Below, one piece after another: positions 32,597 to 47,187 of a stretch of DNA of 64,000 nt. The DNA lies in assembly GCF_009914755.1 (NCBI RefSeq), contig NC_060931.1, one strand, 5' to 3'. Position 1 is the first letter of the stretch, and the number at the start of each line of letters is the position of its first letter. The translations under genes and the position numbers were made by a program. The notes beneath the pieces were generated by a model. The model saw only the letters and a program-made list of their open reading frames with translations. It ran no database searches and was not told the origin of the DNA. Source of the stretch: the human T2T-CHM13v2.0 reference genome, Homo sapiens.

Positions 32597-32970
32597 GGCT
32601 GAGTGCAGTGGCTCACGCCTGTAATCCCAGCCTTTGGGAGGCCGGGGCAGGTGGATCACTTGAGCTCAGGAGTTTGAAACCAGCCTGGGCAATGTGGCGA
32701 AATCCCATCTCTACTAAAAATTAGCTGGGCGTGGTGGCATACACCTGCAGTCCCAGCGTGGTGGCGTACACCTGCAGTCCCGGCGTGGTGGCGTACACCT
32801 GCAGTCCCGGCGTGGTGGCGTACACCTGCAGTCCCATCTACGTCGGGTGCTGAGGCAGGAGAATCACTGGAGGTGGGAGACGGAGGTCGTGAGATCTCAG
32901 TGAGCCGAGATCATGCCACTGCACTCCAGCCTGGGCGACAGGAGTGAAACCCTGTCTCTAAATAGATAAA
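32597..32970 (+). mobile_element. Alu lengthened by an internal 27-bp tandem repeat
   Basis: Dimer with an expanded right-arm start. Confidence 0.9.
32729..32836. repeat. 27-bp x4 tandem repeat inside an Alu right arm (GCGTGGTGGCGTACACCTGCAGTCCCR)
   Basis: Units at 32729, 32756, 32783, 32810; near-identical. Confidence 0.95.
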
Positions 32971-33948
32971 TATATACATACACAACGTACATGGGCAAAA
33001 AAAACCAGATGTTTAACATAGAAGATAGATAAATGGCCAGTAAGCAAATAAGCACACAATAACGATGTTCAGCATCATTAGTCATTATAGAAAAATGCCA
33101 CTTACATCCAAATGAGATAACCCCACATACCCACTAGCTGTCTACTGGTGCAAGTGAGAGCTTTTTGAGGAAATGGAAATGTTCTAAAACTGGATTGTGC
33201 TGATGGTTGCAAAACTCTAAACTTACAAAAAATCATTTTTACATATAACCTGTGTGTATCCATGCGTATGTATCTCTTATCTGTAGTTTGCATTGTCCTA
33301 CATCTGAAGTCTAATCTTTATGTAAAAGCAAATAATGCCTAAGGTCACGTTGTCCCCATGATCGGGTCATAAGTTTAAGGAAATGAAATCAGTCTGACCT
33401 TTCCTTTGCCAAGAGATTGTCTTCGGTTGTTTTCATTACCCATCTGCACTGAGGGCTTGCACCTTCAATAATCTCAGCTATGCCAGTAAATAGGTTTAAA
33501 ATATTATATTCATTTTGGTGCCAATTAATGCACTTAAGACATTTTACTGGTGTTATTTCTGTAGTATATTAACAATGAGGGAACAATATACAGCAATTAT
33601 TTTAGGTTTAGGGAGCACTTTACTAGATTAAAAGCTGTAAGTGGCAGACATTACATTTCAGAATAGTGGTCTCATCATATAGTGAGATTGGTTGTTAGCC
33701 ATGGTATTAATATCAGAATGATAATAAGTTAGAAGGAAAGATGATAAAATTAATTTAGCCACCAAATCATGCTGGGAAAACACCCAGCTGTGTTAGTACT
33801 AGACACCCATTGTCTGTCATGTTAGATCTGTGGCCACGTGCAAGCCCCTTCTCTGCCGTCTGTTCAGCGGCGGCTTTGAACTGCAGCACGGTTCTTCAAA
33901 ATAAGGCTCCTCTGCAGTAGTTCTTGGTGCCCGCATTCATCTTTATAG

Positions 33949-34296
<348 letters not shown>

Positions 34297-34397
34297 TAAG
34301 TTGCTCTCCCCTTCTCGTACTTTGCCCATCGCCTCCACATAATTGGCGGTGGGTGGGGTGGGGGCGGGGGGAGGCAGAGAATTCCGCTTTTGCATTT

Positions 34398-34712
34398 ACA
34401 ATCGGTCCTTCATATCTGTGGGTTCTGTCCACATCCATGGCTTCAACCAATTGCAGATTTTAAATATTTGAGGAAAAAGCAATGGTTGTGTCTGCACTGA
34501 ATGTGTGCTAAGCAATATAGTGTCACAGCCATTTACACAGCCTCGGCATGAGATGGGATTGTACCAGTGCTCTAGAGATCATGGAAGTGCACAGCACGTA
34601 CACAGGTGATACACACATGCCACGCCGTTTTAGAGAAGGGACTTGAGGATCCATGGACTTTAGTTTCCGTGGGGGTCTGGACCAATCCCTGTGGGTCCTG
34701 AAGGGTGGGTGT
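34398..34712. mobile_element. Tigger3/MER7-like DNA transposon fragment
   Basis: ccttcatatctgtgggttctg...catccatgg.ttcaaccaa...agggacttgaggatccatggact; ends just before an exon acceptor. Confidence 0.65.
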
Positions 34713-34751
34713 GCTTTGCATTTCATAAAGCATGTGTTCATTTTGCCATAG

Positions 34752-34882
34752 GAGGCTATTCTGCAGACCATCCTGTTATTAAGGTCTTCTGGAGAGTTGT
34801 GGAAGGGTTCACTGATGAAGAAAAGCGCAAACTGCTGAAGTTTGTAACAAGCTGCTCTCGACCCCCTCTCTTGGGGTTTAAG
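34752..34882 (+). CDS. UBE3C: UBE3C coding exon, 131 bp: [43 protein letters not shown] (HECT C-lobe)
   Basis: ccatag|GA acceptor, AAG|gtacac donor. Phase 1 to 0. 'FW.V...F..E....LL.FVT' HECT motif. Confidence 0.96.
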
Positions 34883-35337
34883 GTACACAACTTTCATGAC
34901 ATTTGCTTTAAAGACCACTTCATAATAAGAAAGGCAGCAGAACATTCAGTAGGGTTAAATGAAGTCCTTTTACATACACTTTTGTTTTTATCTTCAGCTA
35001 GATTTTTAATTAAGTACTGGTTATGATGTATATATTTTGGTGCTAGTTTTATTTGGGGTTGCTTTTTTTGTTTGTTCACAATAACCTAGTCATATGATAG
35101 TTACACATTGTGGTTATGATTGCCTGTGAACAAACCGTACATTTGGAGGGACTATTTGCAATATTAATAATGTCTCATAAATCTGTAACACATCTTGGGC
35201 TTTTTGCTACTGAACTGAAGCAGGTACAACGTAGAGATGTTGATGGAGTGTATATGCTACTGAGCCTTATTTTACCACTTCTGGAAATTAATGTTGATCT
35301 TACGTAATTTGGCTTATTTTTAGCAATTAAAATTGCC

Positions 35338-35621
<284 letters not shown>

Positions 35622-35735
35622 TCATAATTCCTGTATTCACTGTAAATTAAAATAAAGCCATATTAACATTTAAAAATGCACACAGTGGTATATATATTAT
35701 AGAATAATATATAATTAGATAAGTACTGTATGTGA

Positions 35736-36598
<863 letters not shown>

Positions 36599-37239
36599 CC
36601 CCAAGTATTTTTTTATATTTCTGAGTGAAGCTATTCTTTAACTTTTTACTTCGAAACTATTTTAAATGTATAGAAAAGTTGTGAGAATTGACCAAATAAC
36701 TTCTAAACCCGCACTGACCAATTGTTAACATTTTGCTACATTTACTTTATCATTCTTTTCATGCATTTCTTTCCTGAATCATTTGAGAATAGGTTGAAGA
36801 CATGAGGTCTTCCCTAAATATCTCAGCACATACTTCCTAAGAACAGAGACAGTTTTGAAACGGCCACAATTAAATTATTACAAGTCAGGAAATTGAACTC
36901 TGACATACGGCACTTACCTTATCGAATCCACTGGCTGCACAGTGTGGTCCTGGGACCAGCAGCTGCAGCATCACTTGAGCACATGTTAAAAATGAACATT
37001 TTCAGGCCCCACTCAGACCTGAGTCAGCGCTCAGTGGGAGCGGAGCCCCGCAGTCACGTTGTGACCAGCTCTTCAGGTGTTAGGCCGGTTGTCCCTTCGC
37101 GTCCTTCATAGAATCTGATCCAGGACCACACGTTGCATTTAATTGGCGTGCTCTTTAGTTTCCTTTCTTCTGTACCCCCATTTTCAAGGGGTGCAGGCAA
37201 GTTATCTTGAGAATGTTCGTCAATGTGATGTCGCAGCCC

Positions 37240-37715
37240 CACCGTTGGGAGTGTACAGATGGCAACATATTTTCACACAGTGTGTTTATGAATGTTCAGA
37301 GCAAGCCTTCATAATGGCCAAAAACGAAATAATTCACAGTACATGAACTGCTAGTAAATACTATAGATTAAGAGATATTTAGAATTTAAAAGGAATAAAT
37401 GATATCTACTACACTGTGTATGAACATTGAAAACACTGTGCTAAGTGAACGAAGCAAGACACAAGACTACGTATTATTATATGTAATTCCACTCGGATAA
37501 ACTGTCCTTTGAAAGGCACATTTAGAGACACAGAGCGGGTCAGGGGCTGCACAGGGCTGGAGGTGGCAGCGGGAGCTTCGGAGAAGTGGAGCGACCCAAA
37601 ACCGGATTGTGGGGGTCGCTGCGGAACTCTGTAAATTTGCTAAAATCATTGGATTGTACATTTAAAGGGATAATCTTATAGTAAGTCAAGTACACCTCAA
37701 TTAAGCTGTTCTTAA
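37240..37715 (+). mobile_element. Old L1 3' fragment
   Basis: tgaacattgaaaacactgtgctaagtgaacgaagcaagacac...aattccact...tacacctcaattaagctgtt. Confidence 0.65.
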
Positions 37716-38843
37716 AAATTGACTATAAACTAACACAGCATCTCAGTTAGTGCCCTCAGAACTGGAGTTGGGACCCAGTAGAGAGGTGGAAAGAAGTGAG
37801 GCCTAAGTGCAGTGAGTTTGTTTCAAATAGGTCAATCATCGACGCCGTTATGTTCTGGAAGTAATGAATAATAAAGACGTATAAACTTAAACGTGTTAGT
37901 GAATACCATCACTCAATGATATCAGTAGAAATGATAATCTTCCAAATTGTTGGAGAGAAAAAATAACCATGCAAATAAAACAGGACAAACAGAACCAACT
38001 CTGTTTACCAGATATGGGGGGTGGGGGTGGGAAGTAACATTCAGAATCGTAAAATAGAAAACATAGAATGAGAGAAGCCTGAATGTTACAACAGTGAGTG
38101 CGGAGAAACTGACGTAATGAAAGAAAAAGACTTTGAGACAGGGCCAGGAAAACGCTGCCGCCTACAAGCAACACACCTAAACGGAGTGACCCAGAAGGGT
38201 TTAGTGGCACGTCCAGGTTCGTGTGTGAAGAAATAGATGGGTCCCCTTCAGAGTTTGAAGCATGACCCATGTGACCAGATAGGAGAATCTCTCGAGCGCA
38301 GGGAAAGCTGGGTGCTGCCTGTGTGGTGGCAGAGTCTGGAGGGCTTGCTGTGCTGGGGACTAAAGAGCAGGAGGACTGCAGGTGAGGCGTGCAGACGACT
38401 TTTTATCGGTAAAGATTTTAATGCCATTTGGTAATTTTGTCATTAACATTTATTATGATAGACAAGGCTTCTAGTATCTTTGTTTCAAAACTGGTTTGTT
38501 CCAAAGCTAGAGATAAGAAAATTATGCATCTCATCTAGTTTCATAAAAGGAAGTTTGGAGGACCTGCTCCCATCAAAACACTGGAAGATGCAGAGACTTT
38601 TGTCAGCTCCTGGCTAATTAGATAATGCTAATCATGTGAGTAGCAATAAAAATTCGAAGTCCTGCCAGACGTAGGTTCTAGACATTCTGACAGCCAACTA
38701 AAGAGCCAGCAATAACGTGTGCCTAGGAGTGCGAGAGCCTTCTCCACCTCCGTGATGCCTCCAGGTTCGTGCATGGCCACTTGTGCTGCGTGAGCGTCGT
38801 AGGTTTAGGGGAACAGAAGTAGAGGGATTTACATGAGCTTTTA

Positions 38844-39305
<462 letters not shown>

Positions 39306-40243
39306 CTAACATATGTGAAATTTAATTGATTTTTCCATGATAAGTGTTTTTGAAGTTGTTATATGTTAGACATCCAGTTTGGAAAAATCATCTTAATATT
39401 TAGGCTTTCCGGTTAGCTTAGTATGCCTGGATTTGCCAGGGCTGCAGAATTAATGTAGACTTAAAGGAAGAGAATGTCTTTCAGTTGAAGTACTATAAAT
39501 AGCAAAGGCAGGCAGGCATAATTTTAAAGTTATGAAACTCCTTAGTGCCAGATTATTGGAGAAGAATAACATCTGCTAAAGCTAATTAAAGTTTAATATG
39601 TTTAATAAATGTGATTGTTACAGACAAAAAATCATTAAAGTGCTGTAGAAAATTGTTAAGTTACCATCAGGCCACATAATAAATTAATGATTTTTCTCAC
39701 TCTGAATTAATGCAAATTCCCGTTGTACTGTATTTAATTATGCACAAAATGGTGCCCTTGACTCAGATTTCAGTGAAGAACTTCATTTTTTTACTTTTAA
39801 GTCTCCAAGTAGGAAATTCAATTAGCGTTATGAAAGAAACACTAAAATGTGGCATTTAATTGCAAAATATATTTTAAGCTTTTCATTTATCCAGTGACTT
39901 TGCCAGCAGTCACTGACCCCTTCATTCAGAGATCCTTTTCTGTTTCAAAAATGCAATGCTTCCTTTTTAGTATATTCAAGCATTTGTGAAAATTATTGCC
40001 CTCATGTACTCAGAATGCTGAATAATAAGTGTAATAAATGTTATTTCTGGTTCTCCTTTGGTTCTCATTCTAACATTTTTATGAGAGATTTAAAGGAGCA
40101 AATAAACTATAATTAGAAAAAAAAAGACAATGGATTTTAGCACATATTATATGCCACATATATATTTTTTAATGAAGTTTACATTTAACAGTAAAGAGAC
40201 CTACAAAGATCAGTAATAAGAATCATGTAAGTCTCTTCATAGG

Positions 40244-40244
<1 letters not shown>

Positions 40245-40277
<33 letters not shown>

Positions 40278-40558
40278 AGATAGAGTTTCGCTCCTGTTGC
40301 CCAGGCTGGAGTACAATGGCCCATCTCAGCTCGCTGCAACCTCTGCCTCCTGGGTTCAAGTGATTCTCCTGCCGCAGCCTCCCGAGTAGGTGGGATTACA
40401 GGCACCTACCACCACCCCCAGCTAATTTTTTTGCATTTTTAGTAGAGGCAGGATTTCACCATGTTGGCCAGGCTAGTCTCGAACTCCTGACCTCCGGTGA
40501 TCCACCCACCTCAGCCTCCCAAAGTGCTGGGATTACAGGCATGAGCCACCGCGCCCAT
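40245..40558 (-). mobile_element. Alu with TSD TCTTCATAG
   Basis: Long poly-T + antisense dimer. Confidence 0.92.
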
Positions 40559-41055
40559 CCTCTTCATAGCATTTTGTGGGCTGTGCTCTTACTAGTTTTA
40601 CCCTTAACATAAATTATATGCTAAACTCAACATATAATTGAAACAAAATCCAACTGAAATGTGGGTGTGGCCAGTTGGGTGCCTGTTGTGCTTTGTGACA
40701 GCTTCAGTGCTTCCAAAGGTTCCTGCAGAATGGGACATTGCTCTAGTTTGATTCACATTTGACTACAATGGTTAGAAGGTAATTACCTTTTCTATTTTTT
40801 AAATTTTTTTGAACATAAACTCAAGATTGTATTGTCTTCATAATAAAACAAAAGATGACACTTAGAATTGGATGTCTTGGCCCTTCCTCCTCTTCTGTCC
40901 TCCCAGTTCAGAATGCTCACATCTCTTTATATCCAGCATCCTCTTACATCTGCACCTATGCTCAACGCACTCAAGCCTCAGCACAAGCTTCTTCGTAGTT
41001 CTAGCCTTTTCCCGGAAAATCAGCTTAGTCTGCCCACCGTAGCCGCTATGCTTCG

Positions 41056-41163
41056 TGTCCTAACACCACCTTCCCCGGGCACCTGTCCTAACGCCACCTT
41101 CCCAGGCACCTGTCGTAACGCCACCTTCCCCGGGCGCCTGTCCTAACGCCACCTTCCCGGGCA
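41056..41163. repeat. 27-28 bp minisatellite, ~4 copies (TGTCCTAACGCCACCTTCCCCGGGCACC)
   Basis: Units start at 41056, 41084, 41111, 41139. Confidence 0.93.
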
Positions 41164-41234
41164 TACAGAGAATCCGTGCCCTTTTGTGCCGTGTCGCTTT
41201 GTGGGCTTGCCACACTTACAGAAAGTCGAACGGG

Positions 41235-41519
<285 letters not shown>

Positions 41520-41876
41520 GTCTAGCAAGTATTAGGAACATTCACTTTGTGGGAGCGCTGTTGGCACCGAAAGCACTTTTTTTATATTGGATTTTTTTTT
41601 TTTTTTTTTACCTTTCAGTAAAAGTAATGTTTTCATTATAGAAAATTGGAAATTGTGATCAAGTATAAGAAACCTATATTTCCTCCCATTCTAACCATTA
41701 TTTTTTTATGTTTCCTTCCTTTAATTAGTATGTGTTTTATCTACCTACATGAGTGTGTGTTAATGTAGATATGCATAATTTTTTCTGTTTTTGGTAGAGG
41801 TAGGGTCTTGCTCTGTTGCCCAGGCTGTCAGAAACTCCTGGCCTTGAGTGATCTCCCACACCAGCCTCCCAAAGCA

Positions 41877-42419
41877 CTGGTACTACAGGTGTGAGCCAAC
41901 ATGCTCGGCCTGTTACACACACACACACCTGATATTACAGGTGTGAGCCAACATGCTCAGCCTGTTACGTGCACACACACACACCTGGTATTACAGGTGT
42001 GAGCCAACATGTTCGGCCTGTTAAGCACAGAGACACACACCTGGTATTACAGGGGTGCGCCAACATGCTCGGCCTGTTACACACACACACACACACACCT
42101 GGTACTACAGGTGTAAGCCAACATGCTTGGCCTGTTACACACACACACACACACACCTGGTATTACAGGTGTGAGCCAACATGCTCGGCCTGTTACACAC
42201 ACACACCTGGTACTACAGGTGTGAGTCAACATGCTCGGCCTGTTACACACACACACCTGGTACTACAGGTGTGAGCCAACATGCTCGGCCTGTTACACAC
42301 ACACACACACCTGGTACTACAGGTGTGCGCCAACATGCTCGGCCTGTTACACACACACACACACACCTGGTATTACAGGTGTGAGCCAACATGCTCAGCC
42401 TGTTACACACACACAAACA
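41877..42419. repeat. Composite tandem repeat, 10 copies of a 39-bp Alu-derived core + (CA)n, period 50-58 bp
   Basis: Core CTGGTAYTACAGGTGTGAGCCAACATGCTCGGCCTGTTA starts at 41877, 41929, 41985, 42041, 42099, 42157, 42207, 42257, 42311, 42367. Confidence 0.96.
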
Positions 42420-42423
42420 TATA

Positions 42424-42702
42424 TATTTTTAAGACAGAGTTTCACTCTTATTGCCCAGGCTGGAGTGCAATGCGTGATCTCGTCTCACTGCAGCCTGCAA
42501 CCTCTGCCTCCTGCCTCAGCCTCCCGAGTAATTGGAATTATTACAGGCATGCACCACTACAGCCGGCTAATTTTTTATTTTTAGTAGAGATGGGGTTTCG
42601 CCATGTTGGTCAGGCTGGTCTCAGAAATCCTGACCTCAGGTGATCCACCCGTTGTGGCCTCCCAAAATGCTGGGATTACAGTCATGAGCCACTGCTCCTG
42701 GT
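42424..42702 (-). mobile_element. Alu
   Basis: Antisense dimer directly after the composite array. Confidence 0.87.
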
Positions 42703-43864
42703 CACGTAATTTTTAAATATAATTTTAGCTGTATCTTGTGTTCAGTTTTCTAGGCTACCTTTTTCACTCAACATTACATCAGGATCATTTTTCCTCATGT
42801 TATTCTTTGAGATATTTTTAATGGGCTTGTAGTGTCCCATCATGTGATTTACCAGTTTACTTTCTGTTTTTTAGTTGTTTACAGCTCTTCCTTCGTTGTG
42901 ATGCTGTGAACCTCTTGTGCATAAATTATCATGTGCATCTCTAATTATTTCTTAGAGTACAGTCCCAGGAGTTGTGAATGTGGGTGAAGCCCCTGCTCCT
43001 GCTGCCAGGCCCACCTCTCAGAGAGTTTCGTGTACACGTGTGCAGGGAAGGGCTGACCTAGCTAGGTCTCTGAAACCCGTGCCAGATACTAAATCTGCAC
43101 AGGCTGCGACAGTGAGCAGACTGAGGGCGATCTGTGCCTTATTGTCTTCCTGTTGGAAGAGAACACATAAATCACGTATCTCAAATGTGAGGCAAATAGC
43201 TAATGGTGTTTGTGTATACGAGGAAGGTGGAGTCACCGGTTCTTCGTGGCCATCAGAGGACCGACACGCCCATAGGTCTCATGCATTAAGTCTGCGTTGA
43301 GCAATCCCTAACACGGTTTTTGCCTACAGATACATTTGCACAACTGTGAAAACCAGGTACGTATTCATTGCATCATTTTTTGTAAAAAGCTGAGAGAAGT
43401 GCCCAGCAACACGTCGTGCCGCGCGTGTGCATGGAACACCATATAGCCTCACCATTAATAGGCAAGATGAGCGAGACCCATTATCAGATGAGAAAAGCAC
43501 AGCACGGAATACTGTGTCCAATGTGCTCACCGTCTCAATTTTAAACCTAAAGGAGGGAGAACATTTTCTCATGCGTGCATTTCATCTCTGGGAGCACTTA
43601 AGACGCTGAAGCGTTGGTTGCCAGTGGGAATGGGAACTGGGTATCTGTGATACAGGGATGAGAATTTTCACACTGTACCTTTAAATACCAGAACATCATG
43701 AACACATCTGAAAAACAATATTCAAATTTCCCTGATCATCTTTCTTTTTTGTTAACAATTATTTAAATTCTGGCACAAGCAAGCCACTTTTCATCATGCA
43801 TTTGGTCTATAGATGTTCTACCTCCCTCAATTTCGTCTTGTAATTTAATGAATAGGGGAACTGG

Positions 43865-44228
<364 letters not shown>

Positions 44229-44569
44229 CTAAATTTGAATTTTTCTTTTTTTGGCAATAACATCACATAGGTAATGTCGTATGCTTCCCATTCCCTTAAT
44301 CATCGTGGAGATCCACTTCTCGTGAGTCATCTCCCCACAATGCTGGGATCGATCTCTGCGTCAGAATTCCTCTTGATTTTAGTGGTCACTTATCACTGCC
44401 TAGATCCATTGTTTAATGTGCTTCTAAAACAGCCGTGTTCTAATTACATAATTGTATAATTTATTAGCTGGAATTTTCTATTTAAAAACAGCTTTGTTTC
44501 TTCTCACCAATGATTTGGTTAACCCGAGTAATAGCTTGTACAGGAAAGATAGAATAAATCTTGATCCTT

Positions 44570-44871
44570 TTTAAAAAATTTTTATAGACAGGGTCTCACT
44601 GTGTGTTGCCCAGGCTGGAGTGCAGTGGTGTGATCATACCTCACTAACCTCGACCTCCTGGGCTCAAGACATCTTTTCACCTCAGCCTCCCAAGTAGCTG
44701 GGAGTATAGGGGCAGACCACCACACCTGGCTAATTGTTTTGATTTTTATTTTTAGTGGAAATGAGGTCTCGTTATGTTGCCCAGGCTGGTCTCGAACTCC
44801 TAAGCTCAAGCCATCCCCCAGCTAGGCCTCCCAAAGTGCTGGGACTACAGGTGTGAGCTATGCGCCTGGCC
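44570..44871 (-). mobile_element. Alu (J-like)
   Basis: Diverged antisense dimer. Confidence 0.87.
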
Positions 44872-44973
44872 TGGAATGTTATTTATCCCTTTTTATGCCT
44901 GAAGCACAGTGCATAATCTTTTATGTAAGTTAGAACTAAGCCATCAATGTAATTTTTTAAAAAAGCAAATGTG

Positions 44974-45355
<382 letters not shown>

Positions 45356-45416
45356 TTAAAACTCATGTAATGCCATGCTTGTTACAGTGACATCTTGCAC
45401 ACATGCTGTTTTTCAG

Positions 45417-45587
45417 GAGTTGTATCCCGCATTTTGTATTCACAACGGAGGCTCCGACCTTGAGCGGCTCCCCACAGCCAGCACCTGCATGAACCTGCTG
45501 AAGCTCCCCGAGTTCTATGACGAGACACTTTTGCGAAGTAAACTTCTCTATGCGATTGAATGTGCCGCTGGCTTTGAGCTGAGCTGA
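45417..45587 (+). CDS. UBE3C: UBE3C terminal coding exon: ELYPAFCIH...[15 protein letters not shown]...AAGFELS*
   Basis: tttttcag|GAG acceptor. HECT catalytic motif LPTASTC with the Cys codon at 45486-45488, conserved -4 Phe, TGA at 45585-45587. Confidence 0.97.
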   Translation, partial: ELYPAFCIHNGGSDLERLPTASTCMNLLKLPEFYDETLLRSKLLYAIECAAGFELS

Positions 45588-46925
45588 AGCTGATGCTGGG
45601 GTCAGACCCCTACAGAGAACCAGTGCTTCCTTCGTCAGCAGCGCCTCCCCAGACCCACGAGGATACTCACACTGCACGCCTGAGGCTCTCCTAAGCTCCT
45701 TCTTTCATTCTGCCATTCCTCCCTCCCTTCCTTTTTTAAATGATTTTTATTACGGTGTGGTCACTTATTTAGATGGACATTGCTTTTCAAATAACTTAAA
45801 ATAACACGTTATGTGCCATGTGGCTACTTTAGTAATATTGCCAAGAAGAGCACAGTTTTTACACTAGTGGCATCTCAGTGAAATTAACCAAAGATGAAGC
45901 TTTGGCTTTGCTGGTGAGATCAGAGCCCTCCTGAGCAGGCAGCGCCACTCCAGGGTTCAGACAGGGCTGCACAGGCGGCAGAGATACAGGGTCTGAGGGC
46001 TGAGACGCCATGGGGCCGCTGCTGCTTATGTGGTTGGATTGTTTACAAGCCTCATTATTAAAACTGAAGGCATTTTTTTTTTCTGCTGCCTTTCCCAAAG
46101 TGGTTAGGTTTGGAAAAGAGATGATGATGGTAATATTTTATTTGTGCTTTTTAAGCCATTTCCCCAAATGGGACTAGCATGCTTGTTTTCAGTATACCGT
46201 GGCCTGCCTCATGATGGTTTGGAGATACTGTCTGTGGATGTGAGGTGGGGACTTCATTCATTGTCCTATTTCTATCTCCACTTTGTGCCTGGAGAGCTTT
46301 CAGGGGAGGTGGAGGAGGAGGGTCTGCCAAGCTACTGCAACATCTGTCACCCACTATACCCAGTTACTTGGGGGAGGACAGACACTGTGGTGTCATTAAA
46401 GTTGTTTGAACCAAAGTGGCGGCTGCATCTTTGTCCCGATGCTAGCCGTGCCGGTCTCCCATCATCCGCTCGCCCTCCTTTCCCCTGGGCTGCGCCCACT
46501 TGTCTTCCTGGATATTTGGGGGTGACTCGCCATGCTTGGCACCCTCTGCTTCCTGGTGCTGCTCTGACTCGAAGACGGGACAGTCCCTGGTGCACATCCA
46601 GGGAAGAGGAGCGTCGGTAGTTCTTGCAGTAGGCACTTTATCAGGACCTGACCTGTTGCTGGGTGATTTTAGTCTCTACAAACAGAAAGCGTTTCAAAGC
46701 GTCAGCTGTGGGAGCAGAGTGACCCTTTGCTGATGCTGGGGGGAGGGGATCTAAATCCTCATTTATCTCTTCTATGTCTAGTATTTTACTGTCACTGGAG
46801 GCTCTGTGGGCTGTCATAGTTAATTGACCATAATTAGCAATATACTTTTAAAGTGGGAAAGCTGAATGACACTTTTAAGACAATGAACATTATCAAAACA
46901 AAATGTATAATTTCTTAATTTGAAT

Positions 46926-46976
46926 AATAAATTAAGCGTTTAAATGCTATTTGTAGTCTTGATATACAGAAATAAA
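46926..46976 (+). terminator. Proximal polyadenylation signals AATAAA (46926-46931, 46971-46976)
   Basis: Two canonical hexamers with upstream TGTA motifs and a downstream T/GT-rich tract. Confidence 0.6.
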
Positions 46977-47181
46977 ATAATTAGGGTTGGTCTTTTTTAT
47001 TTTAGGTTGTTTTATGTTGAATGTTCTATATCTTATTAGTTAATTTGTATATTTTATTAGTATTTTGGAAATAGCATATCTGAGACTGAAGAGAAATTGA
47101 CAATTCACTTATTTGTGGTTTTTTTCTCAGCTATTCTGAGCTTATTTATTTATTTGTATGTTCTAATGGCTAAACATTTAC

Positions 47182-47187
47182 ATTAAA
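47182..47187 (+). terminator. Distal polyadenylation signal ATTAAA
   Basis: Variant hexamer, TGTA ~25 nt upstream, GT-rich (ttgtgttgg) downstream. Confidence 0.6.

Noticed and set aside
34749-34754. NAGNAG alternative acceptors (TAGGAG here, CAGGAG at 45414-45419)
   Set aside because: The distal site is GAG, which is very rarely used; no evidence from sequence alone.
41877-42419. CRISPR array (constant repeat + variable spacer)
   Set aside because: Spacers are only (CA)n, the repeat is Alu-derived, the DNA is primate and there are no cas genes. It is a composite minisatellite.
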